Part shown: in pieces, positions 18,480-32,017 of the stretch | Layout of the letters: the number at the start of each line of letters is the position of its first letter | How positions within the stretch are numbered: position 1 is the first letter of the stretch | Source of the DNA: Auanema rhodensis | Lineage: Eukaryota > Animalia > Nematoda | Assembly (NCBI GenBank): GCA_964057225.1 | Contig: OZ059896.1 | Span: forward strand, 14,012,001-14,076,000 | Length of the DNA: 64,000 bases | Reading direction: 5' to 3' | The notes under the pieces: generated by a model | Told to the model about the DNA's origin: nothing | The model's database searches: none | The model's input: only the letters and a program-made list of their open reading frames with translations | Position numbers and translations under genes: made by a program

Positions 18480-20594
18480 GTTCTGTTGGATATATACATA
18501 TAACGGTAATCATATTCCCCTCTTCATGCATTAATATTTATGATTACACTCTCTACATGTATTAGGTTCTAAAGTTGACGTAGTATAATTATCCAGCCTT
18601 TCCCATTATGTGGATTCTGTCATTCTGTTAAGTTAGTTTTTCCTCCCTCCTTCGTTTGTTTCTGTCGTGGTCTTCATATAAAGCTACTCTCGTTCACTCC
18701 CTCTCTTATCACACACTCATCCGAATCGGGTATTTATTTGTTTTTTCCGAAATTTTCATAAACTTTTTGAAGTCTTCTTTCTTGAATTTCAGAAGTTTCA
18801 TCAAAACTTCAAAAATAATCTTTTGATAGAATGTTAGGAGTACACTAAACGTCAATTTTTTTTTCAAACGTGAGAATTTGGTTGTACGTTAACATAGTTC
18901 TCTTCATAGATATTCAGTAAGGTTCAGATGCTGAAGCTTACTTGTTTGAAGCTATGACATGGGAAATATAATACTTAGTTATTGATCGAGCGTTGGGCTC
19001 AGAATCATTTAAAAATATTTTTAATGAATTAACTTGTTTCTAATCTCAAATTCTGTTATATTAAGATGAATTATTCAAAATAGTCAAAAAACACATATAT
19101 TTTGACTGAATATAAACTATATGAACTCGCAAAATTTTTTAAATTAAAAAAAAAATTTTTTTTGTAGTTTGAATGGGTTTTCTGAGGCCTCTAACATAGG
19201 GGCGTCCCAACTATTTCGCACAGGACTGTATATATCTCAAGTTATCAGTGAGAAATGTCGGTGTGTCATATTGTGTGGTTTGTTCAGGTATTAACATATT
19301 CTTTGTTTCTTTGTTTCATTGTTTTTTTGTTTTTGTTCTGCCAAATATTCATATAAATAAATACATTTATGTAAGTCGAAGAAGAAAGAACAAATAACAT
19401 CTATTCCGTGTCGTAAAGAAGCAAAAGCAGTAGCATATGCAGCCAGCTGCTGATACCCGTAATTTAAATTGTGAGGTGCGAATCATAAAGATTATAACTA
19501 CAAAAAACCGCTAGATTTAATTAAAACAAAATAAGATGGGGGATTTGTTTAGTCAAAAATCATTTAATATCGTCTTTTGATAGAAGGGGAAGATGAATTA
19601 TTTGATACAATTTAGCAGACGGCTTTGAAGAGAATGCATAGTAATTAGTATTTATATACGGATAAAACAAGAAAAATGATTAATTATTGTAATTATTTTG
19701 ATTCTCTTCAAAACTATGCTATAAAGGGGAGGGTGTTGTGTTAGAATCTAGAAAAAGGAAACAGATTCACAGTTTGAATTGTTAAGTGCGTGAGAAGGGT
19801 CCTCATTGAGAACATGGGGAAAGGAGAGAGAAAGGGAGTAATATGAAAATTACTGAACAGGTCTGAAGTCAAGGCAAAAGAGCCAGAGTTTACTGTCTTC
19901 AACTAAACTAAGATATAAGGAAAGAATTATCTAAGTCATGAACAATAAAAAAACAAAAAAATTGGTCTTAAGTCAAAAGAAAAAAATCAGCAGGTAGGTA
20001 AATATTCGCTATATGTAAAAGTATATCATATAAGATCAGAAAGTAGAAAAATGGCAAGTGGATGAGCAAATTGAATACCCGCACCATACCTGTTGATAAA
20101 TCAAATAAAAAAACATATTTTGATTGATTAATGACTCAAAAATTCTTTTTGCTGGCTTTGTAAAAAAGTGATCGATAGAGAAGATATATAGAAAAAATCC
20201 AAATATACAGGTAATGTTATATCTCTTCTACCATATAGTTATGAGTAATTAAATGATAATTACAAGGAAGACAGTGACTTTGGTTCGGATGCGCATGCTT
20301 GCTCGCCTTGTAGGAGAGAGTCGGAGGGAGGTAATCCAACTTCTAAGTTGAAGCAGAGCCGACTGGGACAATCATGAGGATGAGAAAGAAAAGTAATGAA
20401 CAGCAGCAAACGTCATGATTAAGGATACTGAACAATGAATTTGGGAAGTAATGAGGAAATATTAACATATGAAAACATAATATAACATGCTCTGTTTCTC
20501 TATTATCAAAATCTTAAAGGGAAATAATTTGTTTTTTCAATTGAGTTATTGATTGACTCGAGTACTCAAGACTGAGCCACCATTGATGCTAAAT

Positions 20595-21705
20595 CTAATA
20601 GCCTTTACGACGATAGGAATAGATCTGTGGTTCCTCGTCTGAATCGTCAGCTGATAGTCCTCGGCCAACAATGCGACGAGGAGAGAAGCGAGCGGATGGT
20701 GTGAAGTTTGGAGCCTAGAATATACTCAACTGTTACAGGGCGTTTTGCACGCACACGAGCATGATCGAAGTACATTCAAAGATCAGGCTGACAAACCTTG
20801 ATGCTCACAGCAGGTAAAGCACGCGGCTTCACAACATCTATGTGATAGTTTCTTCCAGTATTATTATCCCAATGTTCTTGTCCCAAAACAGAATAGCAGA
20901 CGCAGAATTCGCAGTGGCTGCCCTAAAAATCCGGAAATATAAATTGAATGGCTAGAGAAAAAATTTACCTTCATATCAACTGGCAATGATATGGAAAATA
21001 TGAAATTATCGATATCCCCATTACTACGTGAATAAGAAGCTGGGATATCAATATAGTCGGTCCAGTTAGCAGAAGAAAACCGAACAAAAATCTGCAAAAA
21101 AAATGTTTAAAAAAACAAAAATAAAAAAGAATATTTTAAAAAACAACCGGTTTTTATGATAAAATTTTAAAAAGCGAAATTTAGATCTATGCAAATCTAC
21201 GTAAATACGTGTACGGGATTGATAGAGAACAAATGAACACAAAGGCTTTACTTAAAAATATGCTAATTAACTTATAAACAAACCTTCTTATCAAAAGCGA
21301 TGTTTAGAACATCTACTTGACCAACAACAGTAGCACCTGCTACACGTAGAGAGCTAACGCAAATCTTGGCACTGCGTGTTCGTTTGCTGTATTCAGAATC
21401 AGACCGATAGATGAAGTTGGAAAGAACAATGCGTTCAGAAGAATTATCCGTCGAGCTGGCTAATGTTGTAGTTGGAGTATAAATCCTTAAATATAACATT
21501 ATAATTAAATAGCTTTATCATATATATATATATATATATATTAGAATATTATATATGTATAACTTACGGAAAACAATTCTCTTCGATTGTGAAATATTCT
21601 CTTTTTTCGAGATCGAGACCGAGAGTATCGGCAAAACGAACGCGCTTCTGAGATTGTTTCGAACGAGCTCGTCGTAAAGCAGAAGGCAACGTTTTACTGC
21701 GATCT
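20595..21705 (-). CDS. Protein phosphatase 1 glycogen-targeting regulatory subunit (PPP1R3 family; RVxF + CBM21); exons 21705-21568, 21485-21284, 21091-20969, 20922-20797, 20714-20595; first exon uncertain (candidate 22773-22742)
   Basis: KRVRFADTLGLDL; GQVDVLNIAFDKKIFVRFSSANW; DNFIFSISLP; EFCVCY...WDNNTGRNY; phase-consistent splice sites. Confidence 0.9.
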
Positions 21706-21822
21706 CTATAATAATAGAATAATAATCATTAATATAGTAAAAAATAGAGAAGTAAAAAACAAGACAACAAATAATATCTTCCACCCCTTCCTTCTCTCTG
21801 AATATAATGTATATTAGTATTG

Positions 21823-21918
21823 AGAGAGAGAGAGATAGAGGGAATTACACCAGATAAAAGATTGAGAGTGAGATGAGAGTGAGATGAGAGAGAGAGAGAA
21901 AGAGAAAGAGAAAGAGAA

Positions 21919-21974
<56 letters not shown>

Positions 21975-22000
21975 GGAAAGAGAAAGAGAAAGTGAGAGAG
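21823..22000. repeat. (GA)n / GAAAA microsatellite
   Basis: Visible directly. Confidence 0.85.
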
Positions 22001-25000
22001 ATAAAATTGTAGTGTTAGAGGCAGTTAACGTAGACATAACAGCAGCATCTTTTATTTAAATTTCTTGTCGTGATCAGTTCGATCCCTTCGCTTCAGAGGC
22101 AGATTCTAGGAAATATTAAACAGCTGATCATCAGATATCTAACAATGAATGGAATGATTGTTAAAATTTTTGTTTTCCTTACTATCTAAGGTCAAGGTTT
22201 AAACGAGAATTCAAGTGTAATTTTCAGAATATGTGTACGTAAGAACTGGTTTTTCAGCTTTAAACTCAAGCCTATACATGTTTTAATATTGATTACATTC
22301 ATATGAACAAAAAAGGTAGATGATTCAGTGACCATCTTGAACTATGAGTAAAACGATCATATGAAGGGAGACAACGTCAGATGTATCAAGCGCTATCATT
22401 TAATTTTCCGAATTTCTCGATGAAATCTCTATCTCTTTGTATGTTTACTTTTCACGTGAATAAGGAATAAGCCAATTAAACTGGTTCATATGAACTTCAC
22501 GTGAAAGACATTTGCTCGAGAAAGAGAAAAGAAAAGAGAGAGTGGGAGAGAGCGACAATCCTCAATTTCGTGGAAGATGAACAATCACAACACAGATTCG
22601 ATAACACAGCGGAAGATAGAGGAAAAGCTATCCAAAATATAATACATCAATAGTAAGTGAGAGGATTATGATCGCAGCAAATAAGAGAAAAAATATTTTG
22701 AGCCATTGAGACCGAGAGAGAGAGAAAATTTTGGAAGGTACCCTTTGGAGAGACGAAAGCCAGTGTCTTTCATTGTTTCGGAAAAAAAAGTTTAATGAAA
22801 AATAATTATGTTGAACCAAGAAGACGACTTCAGAAGAGAAGAAAAAATCCCTTTTCTCTTCTATTTTTCTTATTTATCTCTTATTATAGGACTAATGGTT
22901 TCTTTCATGTTGTTTCTGCAGAAAATAACAGAGCAACGATCAAACAAACTAATCACTTTTACAGTCTTACTTGATCTTACTGGACAACGTAGGATTCAGT
23001 ATCATTGGCGGTTTTGAATGCTATTATACAGTGTATGATAGGTTGTTTTCTTGCTGGTCAATCACAATCTTCTAAGTAATTGGTGTCAAGGAGGGGAGTC
23101 TGTAGAGATGTTCACGAAAGAAGATAAATTCATAAATCAGTATAGGTATGCTGAGCCAAAATTTTAAAAATATGAACATCGGCAAAACGTCACAACATCA
23201 ACGACAAATGGCCAAGATGGTGGTGGCTAGGCTATACAGTATGATAATCAACAAGCGAAGGTGCTGATTGGTGATCATCATGATCATCATCATGGTTCCA
23301 ACCAATGCGAAGAAAAGACGACGAAGAAATTAGTCAAAAAAAAGAAAAAGGCAAAGGAAAACTTACAATTTGCTGCGTGGAAGCGGCGCTACAGTATACT
23401 CATCCGAGGAGAAACCAGAATCCGGAGAACTGGGCTCATTCACTTCAGCCGCGCAACAAGAAGAACAGGGACTCTGCTAAAAAGGCAGGTGATTGTCAGT
23501 AAGATTTAGAAAGTAACGTCAATTCGTGTCAATCCGAAACTTTTTGCAAAACATCAATGTGTCTACGAAGTTGTTCAAGGGAAAATTGACAACAAAAAAC
23601 AATTTCTTAAAGACTTTTCAGGAAGAACACATCATTGTAGACTGATATCATTCATTGATTGTCATGTCAAATTTCAATTTTTGGTACTTGTACGATTTGA
23701 ACACACCTCATCTGACAGTTTCAACTCAAGTCTCATCTTGTTAGCCAGCTGAGACGGAAACATCACGGCCGCCATATTTTGTCGACAAGCTGAAAAACAG
23801 TTGTCGTTTCAAAAATTACATCGCAAAAATAAAAAATATGAAAAATTAAAAGACATAAAAGACAATTTTCAATAAGAATATTGGATTAGAGTATAGTAAA
23901 ATGACTTCAAGATGGTATAGAAAATCAACTTTTGAGTTACAAATTACAGAAAGGATTTAAGAAATTTGATAAAATCGATATGTGAACTCTGGAAGAGGAC
24001 ACGATAGGTTTAGAGCATAAAGGATGGGTATAGTTTAAACTCAATGAAGAAGGTTGAACTAAATTTTTAAATTTGCACTAAGGCAGAAGAATGAAAATGA
24101 ATTAACCAAAACCCAAGAAATTTTAGACCAACAGAATATAATTGGAAGAGTTGGAGAAGTGATGATAGAGTAACACGACGAAAGCTGACACTGCACCACA
24201 CCCGGAAAAGAATCACTGAGAGCAGAAGGACAGTTGCAAAGAGAGAGATGAGGGGTGGGGGGGGGGGAGGAGTCGAATCCGGAGAAACAGTAGACCGCAA
24301 GTTCAGAAAAGTGACGTGCGTGGTTTGTGGGAGGGGGGTTCGAAAGGAGATAACAGTAGAGGCGGTATCAACGAAGCACAATAATGTAGATGTTCATTGT
24401 TGTTTGATATAGAGAACCGAAAAATAGCACCGGGCAAGAATAACCGTGAACGACGAAGTCGATGCTTCTTTCGAGACAAACAGGACTGCGTGGAATGCGG
24501 TGATTAGAACAGTAAATTAGAGGTGGAGCCACTTACGTTTTTAGTGAAAAATGAGAAAAATAAAAAATGGAAAGAAAGACTATAAAACCTTAATTACTAG
24601 AGTAATTAAAAACATTCTACAAGTAAATTTTGTCATTTGTAATATTATAAATCCTAAAAAACTAGTAGTAATTATGAATAATTAGATATAAACTTCGCAG
24701 CACACGGTAAAAGGCAGCATACCAGTGGCCACTGAAGAGAAAACACAGTAGACAGCCGAGATAGGCGGAGCTTTGATTAGGTGCTGCTATGTTGGGACAG
24801 TAACATGAAGAGATACACATATACTCATTCGAAAATTGCGCAGATTCAGAATATGAAGAACCATCACTGATAGCTACCTTTCAGTCACTGCATGAGTCTA
24901 TGCACTCATTATAAGGACAGTAGAATGGAAAAGGAGAAGAGAACCAAGAGGAAACACACAAACAGCGATGCTGTAAACGAGTGGAAATCGAAATATTTAT

Positions 25001-26971
25001 TTATGAAGAAAAACATTGGCGCTGTTAACAGAGCGTGGATACGTGTCAGAATGATGTAATATCTGTGGGAAGACCCCCATCTGCTTTAACATTGATACGT
25101 AATTATGAAAGAAATTTAGATGATGTTAACTTTATGACAATAGTTTCATATAGGCTCCCCTCTTCTCTCTCTTTCTCATGTACCTTACAGTCTCCTCCCC
25201 TTCTGTGCCCTAATCAGTGATTTAAATTCAGCACAACATGGACGAGGTTAACAGCGTCAAAGACAAGAAGATGGAACACACAAACATGGAAAGCTTTCGA
25301 TGTGAATAGAACGAAAGATAGAAAGTAAAGGTAACAGCTAAAAGAGTTGAACAACATATTTAGGAAAGAATGTACGAAGGGGAGGGGAAACGGCCACAAA
25401 GCGAGATGAAATAAACAAAATGAAAATATTAGTTGTTGCAAAATAGAAAACTGCCCTTTTGAAAAATCTTCTATAAGCAGTAATGAGCATAAAAACAATT
25501 ACAAACAATTGAAAAATATTAGAGAAAACAGCCATATTTGATCTAAAAAAAGCAAAAAAATTGCAAAATGTTATGGTCAGTTAGAGTGAATTTCAACTTT
25601 ATGGCAAAACAAAGATATATAGATAAGCTCTTACTTTTCAGATCATAAAACAGTCAATATGACCAAATTGTGAGCTCAGCAGCATTGTATAAGTGAGACG
25701 ATTCAAGAAAATAATGAAGAAAATAAGCAATAAGAGAGGTAAAAAGGGAGGGAGAAAGCGAGAGCAGAAATGAAATGAACGGCCGCCGACAGAACTCCGG
25801 ATAAGACCACAGCTCATCACGCCATACCTGCCCATCTATTCATCAACACCCACAGGTGCTGATCCTGACCCAAGGTTAAGGTTTCCGAGTTCTCAATCTA
25901 ACCTTTCTTAATAACCTTTTTGAAGATGACTAGAAAGAGCACACCGAAATGAGACGAAAAGCCGAATGAAGAATGTGAACTTTATTGCTGGGTAAGAGCA
26001 TAAAAATATCTTTAAATGGAGATTTGTTCACGATTTATGAAATAAAAGCTTGTGCTGGGAACCGATTAATAGAGCTTATTGAGAACAAGATGGATAGTGA
26101 AATAATGAGAGAGAAAGCTAAAGAGAGAGAGAAAGATAAAGAGAAACAAAAACAGAAACCGAAAGAAAATTATACAATAGTGCTAAACATGAGAAAGACA
26201 TGAAACATGCTGAAAAAGAAGAATGAGCAGTTCTGGGGTGGGACGTAATAGATAAAACTTTATGATAATATTGGTGACATAAGAAGAGGATATAGGGCAA
26301 CAAGGTATGGCAAATAGATAGAAAAAATGATATCAAAGTAAGGCTATTGGGAGAAATAGAGGTTTGACCAGAATAAGAAAAACAAGCGAATAGCATATGA
26401 GTGAGAGTAAGAGAATGAGGAGACTGAAAGAACAAAAAATGGGACAGAGAGATGGAAAGATGGAGATAATGAGTGAGTGACCGAGAAGAATATCCGCCTG
26501 TTGAGAGAGCCAAACGAGAGCATCATGCTATGTGGTAAAAGACGATTAGAGCCTGGTATGGTACAAGTGTATTGGATGGGAAGAGAGGTAAAACACTCGA
26601 TTAGTAATGTTTAACAATTGGTTGGAGCCTCACGAATTTGCAGATTAACAATACTCTAAGCATTGTGCAAAGTAGAGAAAGATAGAAAATCGTCATATTG
26701 AAAGGAAAAGAATGTACGCTGAACGATTGTTCGAAGTCAATACAAGAGAGAGGGAAACAAAGTGAGAGAAACAGAGACAGACGAAGAAAGGATAGAGAGT
26801 AGAATAGAAAGATTTAAGGATCAATGCTCCGCTGACCGTCACAAGGGTCCTTCTCACTGATGGATTAGCCATGGTGCAAAGGGATCCGGCAATAGAACCA
26901 AAAAGATACAAAATAATGAAAAGGAATAAGAGACAGTAAGGAGCTAGATAGAGTTAGAGAGGTAGAGAGGT

Positions 26972-27009
26972 AGAGAGAGAGAGAGAGATAGAGAAACAGA
27001 GAGAGAGAG

Positions 27010-27054
<45 letters not shown>
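26972..27054. repeat. (GA)n microsatellite
   Basis: Visible directly. Confidence 0.85.
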
Positions 27055-27055
<1 letters not shown>

Positions 27056-27388
27056 GGAACAAAAATAAAAGGGGGGGAGCAGAGACAGGAAAAGTAGCTC
27101 GAGATAAAAAAATTGCAAGAATAAAATTTTGAGGAAAACACATTCAATCTTGCGAACCTTAATATAGGAATGATGCGATAGCCACACGTGAATCCCACGT
27201 AAATCGCTGATGTCAATACTTGCAACGTGAATTGAAACGTGAATTTAATTGCACAAAGAGCCTAAAGATAGTAAGGCTTCACATTAAAGAACAAGAAATT
27301 AATTCATCAAAGAAATATAGAAATACAGCAAAATTTAGCTTTAAACACAAAGAATATGTATGGTAATAACATTGGATGTATTGATATG

Positions 27389-27415
27389 CACGTGGACGCC
27401 ACGTGAGGCCACGTG
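27389..27415. promoter_or_regulatory. Triple E-box; the first pair is a perfect ChoRE (CACGTG-n5-CACGTG)
   Basis: CACGTG GACGC CACGTG AGGC CACGTG upstream of the PPP1R3-like gene; function inferred. Confidence 0.5.
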
Positions 27416-29655
27416 CATAATGGCCTCTCTGTTATTGTTACGGTCAGACCATTTGGAGTAAAAACAAAAGCAGCAAGGAGAAGAAACAGGAGACAGGTTG
27501 ATCAACTTATAGGAGCATAAGGACTTTCTTAGCCGTAATTATTATAAAATATCAATATGTTGTTGAGATGTAAGAGAACATTGTCAGACCAATATGAGTA
27601 CAAACTGATACAGATAGAAATAAAACAACAGGAATGATAATAGAGAAAATGGTTTGATATTGAACCGTTTACGCAAAAAAAATAGAAATTATGAGATATC
27701 ACGTATGAATCACATGAAAATCAGTGATGGAAAGCCCTTCATCATTTATAATGATTCAATGTCAAAAAGACAAGACTTTGAAAAGTTGTCGACAGAGAAT
27801 GAGAAGCAATAAGAGGAGGAGAGATGGGGTCCAGAGAATAGCAAGAATATAGGTGAAGACAGAGAGAGATGTTGAAAGAGAGAGAGAGATAACGAGAGAG
27901 ATAAAGTGCATATCTTCTTCTAATGCTTGTTCTAGTGCTCATCACACTTGCTAATCAACCCGCCTGATGATGAGTGAAAGAGAGGATTTTGTTGGCCAGG
28001 GTTGAAATAAAGAAATGAAGGGCTAGTACTGAGTGGATAGGATCAAAAGATCAGTAATACTCAAGGGAATAATTGGTTGTACAATGAAGGAAACATAGTT
28101 TTTAAGATCTTCAAGTGTGCGTATGTAAGAAATAATTGTGAAAGGTAGAACGAACCAAACGGACATGGAAAAGCCGAGCTAAACAAGATGAAAGACCGAT
28201 ATTCGAGGAAGAAAAAAAACAATCAAAACCTGTAAAGACGAATAAAATCAACAAGCTTATTGATAAAGCAGTTATTTACCGGAAAAAATAGAAAATTTCG
28301 TCTGATTGACATCATTTAAAAAGAGATTGCAAAGGTTTAAACAACTTTGTTGGACTGAGTTAAGTAGCAAACGTTGCTGGCAACGAAGGGTAAACTTTGG
28401 GCTAGAAAAAACAGAATTTACAGAAAAAGAGAGAGAAAAAGAAAAAAGATGCATTAGAAGAAAAAGAAAAATTAGGAGAGAGAGAAAGAGAGAGATAGGC
28501 AATTTGACTATTTTTTTTCTGTTTTCTCCCGTTCCTCTCCTCGTCTCATCAGCAGAAACAGTAGTAGTGACCATCAGAATATCGACATTCACTTTCATTC
28601 TTATCTCTTTAAATTCTATGGAAATACTGACACTGTATGCAGGGACACTGACGGAGAAAGAGGTGGGAGGGGGGGGGGAGAAACATTGAACGGCATCACG
28701 GATAGACACAGAGAAAGATCAAAGCTTTCATATGAAAATTCTTAATACATTACATATACACGTACACATATATAGAGAGAAGAGAGAAAATAGAGAGAGT
28801 GAGAGATCAATAGAAAGAAAGAGACAATATAGGCAACTCAATGAAACAACTTTCCCTGCTGAAATTAACAAAGCAATTTGTTCTTATTATTTCGTATATT
28901 AAAAAGAAAACGATTTGTTGAAAAGTAATCTATACGCTGAGCACAACGGTCCTAATACAATCATTCTCTTATTCTCCTTTTACATCGATTTCTCTCTTTC
29001 TCTCTGTATGTCTCCTACTTTCTCTTATATTTGTCTCTCCCAATTTTCATATCCAACCTCTTTTCTTCCTCCTCGCACTCTCTTCTTTTTCTTATCCCTA
29101 GGTCTATCTCTACTTTCTCCTTTAAAGACTATTTAAGAGAGCAGAAGGAGATCAAAAGACCAGAAAAGAAGAGTCAATCGGCAGACGGACAACATCTTGC
29201 CACAGATTACGATTATGGATTATATGGAAATGTGCTCAAAGGAAGATCTTGAGGAAAAGTATGTACAAGATGCATTTATAGTGAGAAATAAGAAGAAATA
29301 AAGAATTTATGATTAAAACTAATAAACAGAAAAATAAACAGTTTTCTTTCTGTTTTCAATGATAAGTCGATATTAAAAAGAATTAATAAGACAGTATTAA
29401 GATCTTATAAGTCATTTAACACCGCTCCCTCCAATTTTACGCCGGCAAAAAAAAGATAAAAAGAAAATATTATTAATCCAAACTACAATGCGAAGAAAAA
29501 ATCAAAAGTTCATTAGAAAAAACAAGAGGTGAGCAAGTAGAAGATGATTAAAACAGTCATTATCTCAATTTAATCTCTGTTCACCTATTCATTTGAAAGA
29601 TACTGGTATTTTCTATAAACACCCAATAGTTCGTCTCTTCTTTCTTTATTTTTTT

Positions 29656-29823
29656 TTCTCTCTCTCTCTCTCACTCTTATTCTCTCTCTCTCACTCTTAT
29701 TCTCTCTCTCACTCTTATTCTCTCTCTCACTCTTATTCTCTCTCTCTCACTCTTATTCTCTCTCTCTCTCTCATTCTTTCTCTCTCTCACTCTCATTATC
29801 TCTCTCTCTCTCCCTCTCTCTCT
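29656..29823. repeat. Compound (TC)n and ~18-20-bp CACTCTTATTCTCTCTCT minisatellite
   Basis: About five tandem units visible. Confidence 0.8.
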
Positions 29824-30645
29824 ATTCCTCTTCCTCCCTTTATTTTTATCATTTATAAGCTTTTCGTAAAACTTTTAAAAAGAAAATTCATCGACCAGTA
29901 CAAGCCAAAACATATATCCCCCTCTATCTCTCTCTTACGTTCTTCAAACCCCCTCTGTCTTCTTTATCTTTTCTTCCTTTAAATTTGATTCTTGTTCGGA
30001 TAAAAGAAAATAGAAGATGTGAACATAGCTGTTGCTATCACCTTGTCATTTTCCATTTTCAAAACAATATTGAGAAACAAACGCCAGGAAAAGCATAAAA
30101 AAGTATTTTTTGCTCGAAAGAACAGCTGACAGCATTTGTCTTCATCCAGTCAGGTTGTGAACGGTAGTTCATCTGAGGTATTTTGCTAGAATACAACACA
30201 AGTTAGTTAAGAGACAGGCGGCTTGTGTATAGTATAAACAGCCTTATTTCATCATTCACATGCTAAAGCCAAAGGTATCAATTTTCTGAAGCAAATTTGA
30301 TAAAAATCACCGCAATGAAGAAAAAAATTTTGTGTAAAAATTCCAAATCTATTTGGATTGTTTGATCAACAGCATGATCAGTATCAGTATAAAGTTTGAT
30401 GGTAAATTATTCCGAAAGAACATAAGTCTTGGAGCAGTAACTGACACAAAAAACTGATATACAACCAGACTATGCGCGCAAACTGTTAAAAATAACAATT
30501 TTTCTTACGTTCACGTGAATATTCACGTCAAATGCATGCGGGACTTTAACATAAACAAACAACGTGTCTTGGAACGAAATAGATAGATAGAGAAGAAGTA
30601 AGAAGAAATTATTTAGAAAGATAAAGAAAAATAATAGTGTTACAA

Positions 30646-30661
30646 GAGAGAAAGAGAGAGA

Positions 30662-30728
<67 letters not shown>

Positions 30729-30764
30729 AAAGAGAGAGAGACAGAGAGAAAGAGAAGAGAGAGA
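30646..30764. repeat. (GA)n microsatellite
   Basis: Visible directly. Confidence 0.9.
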
Positions 30765-31971
30765 AAATGATTATCAAAATATATTTCTATAGAAAGATAT
30801 TAAAGAATGATGCCATATCTTTGATGGTGATGCAAAATAAACAGGAAATTGGAACAGAGAACGAACCAAACTCCTAATAGTCAGGAGTAAGAAGACGATG
30901 GTCACTACGAGGAAGACGACAGCCAGGGCCAGGACCAGGACAACGACGACAAAGAAGAAGAAGAAGACGACGACGACGACGACGAAGAGTAAGATGATGA
31001 TGATAGAAAACCCCGTCTTCAGATAGCCATCGGTGCCTGTTAGCTTAGAGAGAAGACAGGGGATTTGGCCTGTTATTCACATCATTAAATGAAGGTTTTA
31101 TGTATATAAATTGGTCTATAAATCAGCAATATTATATACAAGATCTAATATTCAGAGGATATTATCACCACTGATGATCATAGGAGTTAACGTCAACGCT
31201 GTCGTTGTCGCATCCTTTCGTTTCCATTTCATCTAACACCAGAATCCAGAACAAACGGCTATGTGATATATATGAATCTAATCCATTCTTTTCTCACTTC
31301 TATCAGACGCCTGATTCCGATTTGTAGCAAAGAGAAAATAAGAGACGAAGAAATAGAATAATTCCAAGATACATAGTCAAATGAGAAGAAGGGGCTATAG
31401 GAAACGAGGGTAAGAGGAAGAGGGGAAGAGATAGAGGAAAGACATGGTGGGGGACTTCCCCGCTTGGGTTCATTCAGTTCATTACTTCTATCAGAATTTG
31501 TCCTTGTATTGATGATGACGAAGACAACGCTTTGGACATCATGACCATTGTCGAATGAACTGGCAGACAAGGGATATAAGGATGGACAGACGAATAGTTG
31601 GGTGGTTCGACACAGAAATACAAAGCGTCTCCACTATCCTAATCTCTATTTCCCACTCAAACGTCTTCTTTAGCTCTTACAATCTCCCCTTCTTTTTTCT
31701 TTTTTCATCCTTCCACTACCAACATCCTATTCATTTCACTTTAGTCTCCGAAGACAATATGATAGCAGAAAGATTGTTCATCACTATATCTTCTTAACAT
31801 ATGAATATAGATACATAGATATGTGAATATACCTTCAAACATTAATATCTTCTGGCATCAAACTTATGTCACATAGCTCAACAAATTGGCCATTAGACTG
31901 ATGCTTCGTCGTATAGAAGCCACCCAGCAAGAATGAAATGTTCTTTTGGAAGTCCATATAGTGAAACAAGG

Positions 31972-32017
<46 letters not shown>
